Shown here in pieces: positions 17,159-27,006 of a DNA stretch of 64,000 nt. The notes beneath the pieces were generated by a model that saw only the letters and a program-made list of their open reading frames with translations, was not told the DNA's origin and did not search any database. This DNA is from Escherichia virus TH34. Both the position numbers and the translations under genes were made by a program. Within the stretch, counting starts at the first letter, position 1; each line of letters begins with the position of its first letter. The DNA lies in sequence record MT446407.1; one strand, 5' to 3'.

Positions 17159-18255
17159 CAACCGTAGCACAAGTTTTTGGATACCGTAATGCTCGTCTGG
17201 CTGAGCCGCACCCAAGCATCGCTTTTCAGTGTGGTATTGGCATCGAGCTGGAAGTTGAAGGAACCTCTGAAATTGATGCAGACCTTTGGGTTTGTACTGA
17301 AGATGGTTCACTTCGTGATGGCTGTGAGATGGTTTGTGCACGGCCTTACAACGGTGTAGAATTGCTTAGTGCTATTAACAATCTGAGTGAAGCAGTACAA
17401 GACTCTGAAGCTGAAGGGACTTGGCGCTGCTCTACTCACGTTCATATGGATATGCGTGACGCTGATAGTAACATCCTGAAGAAAGTAATTCTTGGATGGA
17501 CGTTCTATGAAAAGATGATGTTCAAATGTTCTGGATACCATCGCTATCGTAGCAACTTCTGTCCTGCCTTTGCTGTTGTTCAAGCACAGGTAATGAATGC
17601 TTCCGCAGCGTTCAACCGAGATGGTGAAGCCTTCTTCAATACTCTTGTTAATAGCTGGGACAAGTACACCTCCCTTAACCTATTACCTCTGGCTCAGTTT
17701 GGTTCTGTTGAATTTCGTATCTCAGAGCCAAAGTGGAAGAAAAGCCAACTCCTTAATCTGGTCAACCGCTTCTTAGTTCTCAAGAAACTGGCTGTTGAGT
17801 ATGCAGATTTGGATAATGAAGCATATGTTGAGAAACTGAATGAGCTACGCTTCGCTCCTATGATTCAGTATCTGCCTCTGGACTACACACCTAATGATGA
17901 TGACCTGACTGGTGGTTATCGTTTGGCTCGTGATATTCTGTTCTGTCGTGAACATTCTGTTACTCTGGTTGGTCGTGTTCGTGTACAGCAGACCGGACCT
18001 GATGGTGAAATCCTTATCAACTTGCGTGATATGGGTGACTTCTACGGTTTCTTGGGATATGTACGTGGTAATGCCAACTCTATTTATGAAGAGATCATGA
18101 CCTATTACACCCCTCAGATTGAAAACACTCGAATCGCAACGGTTCGTGAAATTCGTCACATGTTTGCTCTGATGCGTGAATCAGGTAGCAGTGATGATAA
18201 CGTCACTGGTTACATTCCAGACCATCTGGAAATGCAATTAGAACGACTGCTGTAA
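17155..18255 (+). CDS. amidoligase-like (glutamine-synthetase-fold COOH-NH2 ligase) protein, second copy
   Basis: GIGIELEVEG...EDGSLRDGCEMV...STHVHMD resembles the amidoligase family; ATGA-coupled. Confidence 0.45.
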   Translation: MTTVAQVFGYRNARLAEPHPSIAFQCGIGIELEVEGTSEIDADLWVCTEDGSLRDGCEMVCARPYNGVELLSAINNLSEAVQDSEAEGTWRCSTHVHMDMRDADSNILKKVILGWTFYEKMMFKCSGYHRYRSNFCPAFAVVQAQVMNASAAFNRDGEAFFNTLVNSWDKYTSLNLLPLAQFGSVEFRISEPKWKKSQLLNLVNRFLVLKKLAVEYADLDNEAYVEKLNELRFAPMIQYLPLDYTPNDDDLTGGYRLARDILFCREHSVTLVGRVRVQQTGPDGEILINLRDMGDFYGFLGYVRGNANSIYEEIMTYYTPQIENTRIATVREIRHMFALMRESGSSDDNVTGYIPDHLEMQLERLL

Positions 18256-18332
18256 CACAATGGGCGCTCTGATAAAGGGCGCATTTAAAGGTTAATTAGA
18301 TGAAAGGGTTTACCCTTCAGGTGGATTAGAAA

Positions 18333-20366
18333 ATTTGTGGTATCGTATTAGCTGGGGGCAACATGACCTCCACAGACTTAGACGTATTCAACCAGCTTCT
18401 GTATGCTGGAGTCTTCCGTGGTCAGCACTCAACTGGTGTGTTCGGTCAGCGTAAAGGTGATGAAAAAGTATTTTCTTATAAAGAAGCACTTCCTTCCTAT
18501 GCCTTCATGCTCCAGACAGGGTACACGAATCTTACTAAGGGGCTTACGAACTATGTAGTTCCTCCATCGTGGATTGTTGGTCATAGCCGACATGCCACAC
18601 GTGGTGCGGTCAATGCTCGAAATGCTCACCCATTCTCTCATGGTGACATTACTCTGGTTCATAATGGTACACTGTTAGATCAGGAACTGTTACCAGATCA
18701 TAAGAATTTCGAAGTTGATAGCGAAAACATCTGTCATTCAATCAACACCATCGGTGCAGCAGAGACTATCCAGAAGTTGGATGGTGCGTTCACTTTAATC
18801 TGGCATGACGCCAAAGACAATACTCTGCATATCATTCGTAACGATGAACGTCCTTTCCATCTGGCCCGTTGTGGTCTAGATTGGTTTGGTGCTTCTGAAG
18901 AAGATATGTTGATGTGGATTCTTAATCGTTCCAAGTCACACAAGAACCGTATCAATGATCACTTTGAGTGTAAAGTGGGAACTGAATACATCTTTGATTT
19001 GTCTGGCAACCGTATGACTCTGACTCAAGAGGTGGAGCACAAGCTTCCGGTTTTTACGGTAACGAGTCGCTGGGGCGGCTATTACTCGAACTCTTCTCTG
19101 TATCAGAACCAACAGACAAACAAATCAAGCAGCAGCACAAGCGACATTTACGGAAACAAAGACGACAAGCCCGGCGTGACAAGCGGAGACATTCGTCGTC
19201 GTAAAGCGATTGAAGATCAGAATAAACTGGCTGCCGATCGTGGTCTTCCGTATCGTCGTGACGGTCGTGTGGATATCATTCCTCATGAGTTCCACGCTTA
19301 TAACAACACTGACCGTGGTAAGATGGTTGGTTATATTTATGATGATGCTGCTCAAGAGTATGTTGAGGGTGATGTTCATAATGTAGCCAAGAGTGAATAC
19401 TTGAAGGCTCTCGAAAACCCAAAGGTAGTGTATCGCGGGACAGTTGCTTGTATCTCCGAAGTGGACAGTATGATTCGCCTCGTACTCACTTCAGGGCTGT
19501 TTGTTGATGCTACCGATAAGGAGCCTCAAAGCACTACCGCTGATTTTGATGATGATATCCCTTTTGATTTAGAAGACTCCTTCATCACTAAGAATGGTGT
19601 GGAAGTCACCCGTAAGTTCTGGGAATCACATTCTCATGGTGATTGTGGCGGTTGTGACAAGCATATTGAATGGAAAGATGCTAAGAAAGCTGTGTTCGCT
19701 TACCAAGCATATTGGCATCCGGCCTGTTTCGAAGCATTGTCCAAACCGTCTGAAGAAGATGAAGACATTCCTTTGGGTGTCTGTGCTGTATGTGGCAATG
19801 TTAAAACTGATTTCGAGTTTGATAACGAAATGAGTAAACTTCGTGGTGAAGATATTTGTTATGTCTGTGCCAAAGAGATCAAAGACAAAGTGACTAACAC
19901 TACATTGTCTGAAGGTTACATTTGGACTAAAGCAGTTGACACAACCAACCCACGTCGCCCTGAAGTAGCAGTTCGTGTTGATCAGCGTATGCTTAGCCGG
20001 ATGATTGTAATGGTCAGCTCAGCTAAACGTTCTGGTGACATTGAATTGTCTGATGTTCCAAATTCTTATTTGGAAAAACGTGGTGGTGATACCTATGCCA
20101 TCTCTGTTTATGGTCCAAAGAATGCCCCAAAGGAGGTGCCCGCTGAGAAAGCGGAAACATTTCCAGAAAAGCAAACAACTCTCCGAAAAACAGTTGTCAG
20201 TTACGACGGACAACGAACAGCTGAGTTCACAAAAGCCCTCTGGACTTCAATTGGGTTTTGTGCGGTCTGTTATAAACAAATTCCGTGGCGTGATGCAGAA
20301 ATTTGCTCACTGAACAAAGAAAACAGGGTGATCTGTAATTCAGATTACTGTAAAGGTAAACATTAA
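18333..20366 (+). CDS. class-II (Ntn-type) glutamine amidotransferase domain fused to Cys-rich zinc-ribbon-like C-terminal region; probable AUU start
   Basis: VGHSRHATRG..NAHPF..LVHNGTLLD matches GlmS/PurF-type GATase motifs; CGIV nucleophile lies 9 codons upstream of first ATG (18363), right after ATT 18333 and behind AGGTGGA; C-terminus has 5+ CxxC pairs. Confidence 0.5.
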   Translation: MCGIVLAGGNMTSTDLDVFNQLLYAGVFRGQHSTGVFGQRKGDEKVFSYKEALPSYAFMLQTGYTNLTKGLTNYVVPPSWIVGHSRHATRGAVNARNAHPFSHGDITLVHNGTLLDQELLPDHKNFEVDSENICHSINTIGAAETIQKLDGAFTLIWHDAKDNTLHIIRNDERPFHLARCGLDWFGASEEDMLMWILNRSKSHKNRINDHFECKVGTEYIFDLSGNRMTLTQEVEHKLPVFTVTSRWGGYYSNSSLYQNQQTNKSSSSTSDIYGNKDDKPGVTSGDIRRRKAIEDQNKLAADRGLPYRRDGRVDIIPHEFHAYNNTDRGKMVGYIYDDAAQEYVEGDVHNVAKSEYLKALENPKVVYRGTVACISEVDSMIRLVLTSGLFVDATDKEPQSTTADFDDDIPFDLEDSFITKNGVEVTRKFWESHSHGDCGGCDKHIEWKDAKKAVFAYQAYWHPACFEALSKPSEEDEDIPLGVCAVCGNVKTDFEFDNEMSKLRGEDICYVCAKEIKDKVTNTTLSEGYIWTKAVDTTNPRRPEVAVRVDQRMLSRMIVMVSSAKRSGDIELSDVPNSYLEKRGGDTYAISVYGPKNAPKEVPAEKAETFPEKQTTLRKTVVSYDGQRTAEFTKALWTSIGFCAVCYKQIPWRDAEICSLNKENRVICNSDYCKGKH

Positions 20367-20377
20367 GAGGTGAAGTT

Positions 20378-20611
20378 ATGGAAGTTCGTAAATTGATGTT
20401 GGATAACGTTGTAACCACTCGACGTATCCCAATGACAAGCACAGGATGTGATAACCTTCGAGCTATTCAGAAATGGATGCAAGAAGGTATTGGGGGACTG
20501 GTTAACTCTCCAGTTGAAATCCCTTTCCCAACCGTTATCAATAACGTGTTGGCTGACTATGTGAAATTGAAGGGGATTAAAGTTGAGCCTCATGTCAAGC
20601 AAGGGAGCTAA
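20378..20611 (+). CDS. hypothetical protein (77 aa)
   Basis: ATG 20378 with AAGAGG upstream. Confidence 0.45.
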   Translation: MEVRKLMLDNVVTTRRIPMTSTGCDNLRAIQKWMQEGIGGLVNSPVEIPFPTVINNVLADYVKLKGIKVEPHVKQGS

Positions 20612-20813
20612 GCCTCACCTGACAATGCTGGAGTATCAACAACTCCGACTTCAACAACTGGTAACGGAGCAGCGAAAGCTGTATCCGTTTGCTTTTAACC
20701 TAATTGATTCACCAAGCGATGACCAAGAAGACGAGATGTTCTCCAAGTATTGGGAAATCGAAGTTAAAATTCAATCCTGTCGTAACGAAATTCTTAAACT
20801 AAAAGGTATCTAA
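20592..20813 (+). CDS. hypothetical protein (start uncertain)
   Basis: Track ORF starts TTG 20583; first ATG at 20592. Confidence 0.35.
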   Translation: MSSKGAKPHLTMLEYQQLRLQQLVTEQRKLYPFAFNLIDSPSDDQEDEMFSKYWEIEVKIQSCRNEILKLKGI

Positions 20814-20815
20814 AA

Positions 20816-22063
20816 ATGACTACTCGTATCCGTGTTCTTCCGTATGGCCCTTCTGATTCTGTTAACGCTCTGGTAACTGCCATTAGTGATACTATCCGTG
20901 ATGAACGTATCAACGCTAACGTAATGGGTCTTCTTTCTGAGAACAGTCGCTGGCGTTCTCGTGAGGGTGATGTGGTTGTGAACTACGGGAACCGCCGCTA
21001 TCCTGAATCCTTCTTTGGTTCTGCAACTGTTCTTAACCGTACCGCAGCCTTACACATGGCAGCGAACAAACGTCGTGCTTTCAGCGTGATGGACCAAGCA
21101 GGTGTTAAAACTGTTGAGTATACAGATGTTCAAGAGATTGCTCAGGAGTGGTCAAACTCTGGCAACATTGTGTATGAACGTCATGAACTGACTGGTCACT
21201 CTGGTTCGGGTATTATTGTTGTTGAGCCTCGTGATTCAGTTGGTCAAGCTGAACTGTACACCAAAGGTATTCAAGGCCCACGTCGTGAATGGCGTGTCCA
21301 TGTGTTCAAAGGTGCAATCACCTATGTTCAGAAGAAAATTCGTCGTAATGGTTATCGTGAAGACCCTAACTATCGTGAAGATGTTCGTAACCATCACACT
21401 GGTTGGGTTTACTCAAGCTCTTTTACGGATGTTCCGAACGATGCATCTCTGATCAACGCAGTGAAGGCCGTTGAATCGATGGGTCTGGATTTTGGTGCAG
21501 TTGATATCATTACTAAAGGTCGAGAAGCATGGGTACTGGAAGTTAATACAGCACCGGGCCTGACTGGTACAACTCTGGATACCTACCGTCACAACATCCT
21601 TGAGTTTGTTAAAGCTCAAAACCCTCTCTATACTCCTCAGTATAAAGTGGTTTACCAGACTCCTGTTGAAGCTCCAATTGAAGATGGAGATGGTGAATTG
21701 GTTGCTGACAGTGAAAGTGCTGATGATGAAAACTTCGCACTGGAAGGCCAAGTCGCACAGCCGGTTGATTCAGTGGATGTAGTTCCTGAAGAAATGCAAC
21801 TGGAAGGTCAGATGAATACTCAGACAATCCGTAATGCACCTACTGGTTATGTGTTGTCTCGTGGTTACTGGATTGCAGATATTCGTCATGTTCATAACAA
21901 CCTGCAACCTAATGCAATGTCTGCCAATGTCATTCTGTTCTGCGATGGTCGTAACTTCTACCGCAGTGGCTGGAACGTTCCGGTTCATCCGCAACAAGTC
22001 CACAACCCTCGTAAGTTAGAGTCTGTAACTGTTGAAGGTAGTGAAGTGGCAGTAACTCTGTAA
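20816..22063 (+). CDS. ATP-grasp fold ligase
   Basis: LDFGAVDIITKGREAWVLEVNTAPGL is a typical ATP-grasp C-terminal motif. Confidence 0.55.
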   Translation: MTTRIRVLPYGPSDSVNALVTAISDTIRDERINANVMGLLSENSRWRSREGDVVVNYGNRRYPESFFGSATVLNRTAALHMAANKRRAFSVMDQAGVKTVEYTDVQEIAQEWSNSGNIVYERHELTGHSGSGIIVVEPRDSVGQAELYTKGIQGPRREWRVHVFKGAITYVQKKIRRNGYREDPNYREDVRNHHTGWVYSSSFTDVPNDASLINAVKAVESMGLDFGAVDIITKGREAWVLEVNTAPGLTGTTLDTYRHNILEFVKAQNPLYTPQYKVVYQTPVEAPIEDGDGELVADSESADDENFALEGQVAQPVDSVDVVPEEMQLEGQMNTQTIRNAPTGYVLSRGYWIADIRHVHNNLQPNAMSANVILFCDGRNFYRSGWNVPVHPQQVHNPRKLESVTVEGSEVAVTL

Positions 22064-22083
22064 TTAAACAAAAGGAATTTGTA

Positions 22084-22326
22084 ATGTTGTCTATCGAAGA
22101 TTTGATCAGTCGTGGAATGACCGAACAAAAAGAACCTCTGATTGTTGGTTCTCGTAAAGCTATTAACCAACTCTGTGAAGAGTTTGGAATCACAAACAAG
22201 AGAATGATTGGTAATCAGTTCTCTGCAATTGTCACCTTCCTTAAACGAGGTGATAAATATTCAATGGAATGTGTTGAGCGTATCATCGCAATTGCACAAG
22301 AAGATAAGGGAGTAACAACTCTGTGA
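22084..22326 (+). CDS. hypothetical protein (80 aa)
   Basis: ATG 22084 with AAAAGGA upstream. Confidence 0.45.
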   Translation: MLSIEDLISRGMTEQKEPLIVGSRKAINQLCEEFGITNKRMIGNQFSAIVTFLKRGDKYSMECVERIIAIAQEDKGVTTL

Positions 22327-22508
22327 ATAAATACACAATCATGTTTCGTACAGTAAACTCAGAAGGTAATATTCAATCTCTAGATATTCAAGCAGATCGC
22401 TTTGAATCACTTGGAACAAGTGTTAACTTCTTCCGAGGAGTAGAGTTGGTAGGTACATTCCAATCTGACGTGTTGACTGGTGTGATCAAACACTTCGAAG
22501 TAGAATAA
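22323..22508 (+). CDS. hypothetical protein (start GTG 22323 or ATG 22341)
   Basis: GTGA overlap with upstream stop. Confidence 0.35.
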   Translation: MNKYTIMFRTVNSEGNIQSLDIQADRFESLGTSVNFFRGVELVGTFQSDVLTGVIKHFEVE

Positions 22509-22573
22509 TTTGCTTTAGCCTCTTCGGAAGAGGGGGCTAGTTCAAATTTAACTGAAACACAAAAGGTAATATA

Positions 22574-23005
22574 ATGTCTGATAAAGTATTAGTAGCAACT
22601 TACGGCAGCTTGAGAAAAGGTCAACACAACCACGCTATCAATGCTCGTGCCGGTGGTGTGTCTATTGGTGAGGGTTGGACAGTGAACAACTGTAACCTGT
22701 ATCAGTATTGCACAGCATACTTCCCAAGTGTGTCTCTGGAGCACGACAGCAATGGCAAGCCTGTTCGTGTGGAAGTATTTGAAACAACTCAAGCTGGTTT
22801 GGAAGGTCCGTATGACGGTCTGGAAGGTTATCGTGGTAAAGACAATCCATACACTTTCTACAATCGTACACTAATTCCAGTAGTGCTGGATAGTGGTGAA
22901 ACTGTGGAAGCATGGATTTATCATATCGACGAAGAACAAGATGTTCTGGTTGAATCTGGCGACTGGACAGCGTATCTGGCAGGTGATCAGGATGACAGTA
23001 ACTGA
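22574..23005 (+). CDS. AIG2/gamma-glutamyl cyclotransferase-like protein
   Basis: N-terminal VATYGSLRKGQHNH matches the YGSL motif of the GGCT/AIG2 fold. Confidence 0.45.
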   Translation: MSDKVLVATYGSLRKGQHNHAINARAGGVSIGEGWTVNNCNLYQYCTAYFPSVSLEHDSNGKPVRVEVFETTQAGLEGPYDGLEGYRGKDNPYTFYNRTLIPVVLDSGETVEAWIYHIDEEQDVLVESGDWTAYLAGDQDDSN

Positions 23006-23198
23006 GCGACAGAAGCTGAGAAAGCTCGAGTCTGACTACTTAAAGTTACGGTGGAAGATTAACCGCTATGACAAGTTTGTCAGTATGCTTGACCGCAATA
23101 AACATTCTGAAGATTTTATCATGAGAACCCAATCAGCTTTACAGGGTTTTAAAAGTCTTCAAGATGATGTGTGGGAAGAAATACGTTCGTTTTATTGA
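22992..23198 (+). CDS. hypothetical protein (68 aa)
   Basis: ATG 22992 with AGGTGA upstream; track ORF 22893 is an overlapping extension. Confidence 0.35.
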   Translation: MTVTERQKLRKLESDYLKLRWKINRYDKFVSMLDRNKHSEDFIMRTQSALQGFKSLQDDVWEEIRSFY

Positions 23199-23234
23199 AG
23201 AAGTCTGCTCAAGGAATTCCAAGGAGGATAGAGC

Positions 23235-25025
23235 ATGTCAAAGATCATTTTAGGGGATACAGGTTGTAAAGAATGTATCTCTCATGGTCGTGATAAGACC
23301 CACAATCACATGATTCTCTTCCGAAACGAAGAGTCCGGTGAAGAGTGGGGCAGTTGTAATCGTTGTGGTAGTTATGAAGTTTTCGAAAAGGGAACAACTC
23401 CTACACCGAATGAAAAGAAAGAACTATCCCCTGAAGAACTCCGAGAGATCTTAGACGATTGCTTAGAGCTGCCTCAGGGTGAGCTTACTCGTCGTTTGAT
23501 TCCTAAAGCTGTCTCTGAACGGTATGAATGCCGTATTGGTTTGAGTCAGACAGATGGGCAAACTCCTGATAGTTACTTCTTCCCTCGTGAACGTGATGGA
23601 AACATTGTTGGTTATGAAGTTAAGCTTCTAGACAGCAAGAAATTCTATTACATCGGCAGTGTTAAAGAAGCTGACCTATTCGGTATGGCTCAAGCACAAC
23701 GCGGGGACGTGTACAACAAGAAGCTCTTCATCTTTGAAGACCCACTCTCTTGTATGTCTGGCTTCCATGTGCTCACTGCGTTCACGAACGCTACAAACAT
23801 CAAACCTGCGTGTGTATCTCTACCGTTTGGTGCAGGTTCAATCTCTTCCGTTCTCTCACGTAACCGTGACTTCTTGAATGGTTTTGAGGAGATTGTGCTC
23901 TGCATGGACAATGATGATGCAGGTGAGATTGCATTAACTAAAGGTCGTGCATTATATCCCCATGTTAAATTTGCTCGTATTCCGAAAGGAACCTTCACTT
24001 ACAATGGTCAAGAGAAGGAAATCAAAGATGCAAATGACATGTTACTCGCTGGTCGAGGTCAAGAGCTATTCAACAATCTGAAATATTCAGCGAAGCGGGA
24101 ATCACCTGCTGGTGCTGTTACTGTCTTTGATTGTTTAGAAGACGCTCTGAAGAAAGCGGAATGGGGTATTCCTTATCCGTGGAAAACTCTGAATGAAATG
24201 ACCTTCGGCATTCGTTGGGGAGAGATGGTTGCAATCGGTGGTGGTGTTGGTTCAGGTAAAACCTTAATCGCACACGAACTGGTAGCATGGCTTTGCCTTG
24301 AGCATGGTTTTAATGGTGGTGGCTTCTTCTTGGAAGAGAAGGTAGGCATGTCTGTTAAAAACATTGCAGGTAAATCAGCATCTGTACCTTTCCACCGACC
24401 TGATGTTGAATATGAGGAATCTCAGCTACGTGACGAAGCACTCCGTTACGCTGACAAGTTCTTCTTGTATGACAACTTCGGACAGAATGAGTGGGATGAT
24501 ATTAAGCAGTGTATTCGCTTCTGGGTAGTTGAGAATCAGTGTAAGTTTATCATTCTTGATAACATCACTGCATTAGTTTCTCACCTAACTCCATCTGAGG
24601 TGAATACAGAAATCAGTAAGATTGCTTCAGAGCTTGCTGGTATGTGTAAGGAATTAGACTTCACTGCTTTTGTATTATCTCACTTGAATGCTCCGGCAGG
24701 TGGTGCTCCTCACGAAGAAGGTGGGCAGGTGAAAGAAGTTCAGTTCACTGGTTCACGTTCACTGATGCGTTGGTGTCAGTGCATCATCGGTTTTGAGCGA
24801 GATAAGCAAGCGGATGGGTTAGGCAAGAACTTGTCAATCATACGACTTCTCAAGGAGCGTAACTACGGTCAGACAGGTGTTTGCTACACCAAGTATATCA
24901 ATGAAACAGGTCGACTTGTAGAACGAGAAGATCACGAAGTTGATGAAGCTAATCCGTTTGTCTTGACCAATGGTGAGGATGCAGCTTCTCTGCTCACACA
25001 AGACGGGGAGGCACGACCTTGGTAA
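23235..25025 (+). CDS. primase-helicase (zinc-ribbon/primase N-terminus, DnaB-type helicase C-terminus)
   Basis: Strong RBS AAGGAGG; N-terminal CxxC..CxxC; Walker [10 protein letters not shown] and Walker B IILDNI. Confidence 0.7.
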   Translation: MSKIILGDTGCKECISHGRDKTHNHMILFRNEESGEEWGSCNRCGSYEVFEKGTTPTPNEKKELSPEELREILDDCLELPQGELTRRLIPKAVSERYECRIGLSQTDGQTPDSYFFPRERDGNIVGYEVKLLDSKKFYYIGSVKEADLFGMAQAQRGDVYNKKLFIFEDPLSCMSGFHVLTAFTNATNIKPACVSLPFGAGSISSVLSRNRDFLNGFEEIVLCMDNDDAGEIALTKGRALYPHVKFARIPKGTFTYNGQEKEIKDANDMLLAGRGQELFNNLKYSAKRESPAGAVTVFDCLEDALKKAEWGIPYPWKTLNEMTFGIRWGEMVAIGGGVGSGKTLIAHELVAWLCLEHGFNGGGFFLEEKVGMSVKNIAGKSASVPFHRPDVEYEESQLRDEALRYADKFFLYDNFGQNEWDDIKQCIRFWVVENQCKFIILDNITALVSHLTPSEVNTEISKIASELAGMCKELDFTAFVLSHLNAPAGGAPHEEGGQVKEVQFTGSRSLMRWCQCIIGFERDKQADGLGKNLSIIRLLKERNYGQTGVCYTKYINETGRLVEREDHEVDEANPFVLTNGEDAASLLTQDGEARPW

Positions 25026-25567
25026 AGAAAATATTCGCCTTCGATATCGAGGGTGATAATCTCTATGAGGGCATCCAAAATGTCTGGTGTATCTGGATAT
25101 TTGATGTTCTTACAGGTGAACGGTGGGGGTATCGCCCTCACCAAATTGAAGAAGCTCTTCACAAACTGAAGGAAGCTGATATAGTTGTAGGACACAACAT
25201 CATAGATTTTGACCTACCAGCTCTCTTTAAATTCTACTCTCATGTAATACCTTTCCACTTCAATGTCTTTGATACACTTTGCCTGAGTCGTTATCTCAAG
25301 CCTGACCGTATTGGAGATAATCCAGAATATCCCAAAGGCGACCCTAGACATGGCCCTCGTGGTCATGGCCTCAAGCAATGGGGCGAATTTCTGGGTGAAC
25401 TGAAGGGTGATTATGGTGAGCAGGAAGAAGCATGGGATGCATTCACTGAAGACATGTTCACATATTGTGAGCAAGACGTTAACTTAACAGTTAAGGTTTA
25501 CATGTGTCTTTGCCAAATGGCAGGATTTGATTATAAGAATCCCCCATCTCTCAACTGGAAAATGTAG
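25019..25567 (+). CDS. stand-alone DnaQ-like 3'-5' exonuclease (DEDDy)
   Basis: Exo I FDIEG, Exo [11 protein letters not shown], Exo III YCEQD; TTG start overlapping helicase stop, GGGGAGG 7 nt upstream. Confidence 0.55.
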   Translation: MVKKIFAFDIEGDNLYEGIQNVWCIWIFDVLTGERWGYRPHQIEEALHKLKEADIVVGHNIIDFDLPALFKFYSHVIPFHFNVFDTLCLSRYLKPDRIGDNPEYPKGDPRHGPRGHGLKQWGEFLGELKGDYGEQEEAWDAFTEDMFTYCEQDVNLTVKVYMCLCQMAGFDYKNPPSLNWKM

Positions 25568-25569
25568 AA

Positions 25570-27006
25570 ATGATTAAGATTCCATTGTCTGAATTAAACC
25601 TTCAAGAAGGAGAAGCCCTCAGTGTAGGGCTTGACCTGATTCGTAATTTGATCAGAGATAACGTAGTCCCTGATGGTATCTATCCTGTTATTGCGGGTGG
25701 TGCTATCCGTGATACGTTCTTCCAAAATCGAACTCCGAATGACGTTGATATCTTCCTAGTTCAAGGAGGATTTCGTTGGAACACTCGTCAGGAAAACAGC
25801 CCTGCTAACGTGGGTAATGCTGCACTGTTCCTTGACAACTTCTTGTCTTGGACAGAGAGTAAAGGGCTTCAAACTACATCTCGCCTAGTTCAGCCTGTTA
25901 GTGGGACAAATTACGCTGAAGCACTTTTCACTTTCCAAGAGATTTTGGAAGTGGAGATTGACGAAGTGAAGATTCAGATGATGATTAACCTCCCTCTGGA
26001 TATGGATACTCTGAGAGGTCGCTTCCCTATGATTTGTCAAGGGTTTATGACTCTCGATGATATGTATGTGTCGAACGAAGGTATGTTTGCAATGGCATAT
26101 ACTAATGATATCCCTGTGGTGACAAGTCGTGACATGAAGTATGTCCACAAAAAGTGGCCTGAAGCAACAGTTGCAGTTTACAGCAGTTCTACTGAGTATA
26201 TGCACCTTGCAATGGGAGCTTTTGGTGAACCAGAAGTTCATCTGATCAGTGATTTAGTTGGGCCTATGGCTGGTGTAAACTTGTATCAGAATCAACGTCG
26301 CCACTACACCTTGAAGATGATGGAAACTGTATTAAATATTCCTCAGGAAGCGGGTCGTAACTATCTGGATGAAGAGGTTAACCTACAGACAGATTGGTCT
26401 AGTGAATTAACCACTATTGGTGTTGAAGCAATTACGCAGCCTTGGACTCCGGGAACTGACAGACGTGACTCTTGGCAACAGACAAGATTCGCAGCACCTG
26501 CTACAGAGGCACCTCGTGATACTTTCACTGGTAGTTTTGGTAGTGCCCGTTCTTCTGGAATGGGTACTCGTACATGGCACGTCACTCATGATACAGGTGG
26601 AGTAACTGTTCGACCTGCTTCTTCTCCATCTATGGGTGATTTGCAGCGTTCCCGTCGTTCATGGGAAACAGTTAGCTCTGTTGTTCAGGGTCTACGTTCT
26701 AGTGATATAGAACGTGTAGAAGTTGGTGATTTGCCAACCCCTACAGAAGATCGGGTAGCAGCTATAGCGGCTCGTGAAGCTGCTCGTACTGGCTTTGCAT
26801 CTTTAGCTAACGACGCTCGACCTGTTGGTCGTCGTAATGGTCTGGCTCATTCTAACACTGCACTTGGTGCAGAACTCCGAGCAACAGCTCGTGAATTAGT
26901 TGGTGAACTTGATAGTAACTTAGCAGGTGTTACGCTGACTCGTGAAACAGCTCGTAACATGATTAACAATTTGACATCATCTGTACAAGGAAACAGAAAC
27001 TCATGA
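25570..27006 (+). CDS. CCA-adding-enzyme/poly(A)-polymerase-family nucleotidyltransferase with low-complexity C-terminal half
   Basis: VIAGGAIRD...NDVDIF matches the GGxVRD...DxD head-domain motif; C-terminal ~200 aa Ser/Thr/Arg/Gly-rich. Confidence 0.5.
   Translation: MIKIPLSELNLQEGEALSVGLDLIRNLIRDNVVPDGIYPVIAGGAIRDTFFQNRTPNDVDIFLVQGGFRWNTRQENSPANVGNAALFLDNFLSWTESKGLQTTSRLVQPVSGTNYAEALFTFQEILEVEIDEVKIQMMINLPLDMDTLRGRFPMICQGFMTLDDMYVSNEGMFAMAYTNDIPVVTSRDMKYVHKKWPEATVAVYSSSTEYMHLAMGAFGEPEVHLISDLVGPMAGVNLYQNQRRHYTLKMMETVLNIPQEAGRNYLDEEVNLQTDWSSELTTIGVEAITQPWTPGTDRRDSWQQTRFAAPATEAPRDTFTGSFGSARSSGMGTRTWHVTHDTGGVTVRPASSPSMGDLQRSRRSWETVSSVVQGLRSSDIERVEVGDLPTPTEDRVAAIAAREAARTGFASLANDARPVGRRNGLAHSNTALGAELRATARELVGELDSNLAGVTLTRETARNMINNLTSSVQGNRNS

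Noticed and set aside
22516-22540. Imperfect hairpin after gene 22323..22508 considered as a terminator
   Set aside because: Stem is interrupted and no U-run follows; not called.
26361-26605. Three mutually overlapping ORFs on both strands inside the nucleotidyltransferase gene
   Set aside because: They coincide with the compositionally biased C-terminal region of the long ORF and are best explained as frame shadows.
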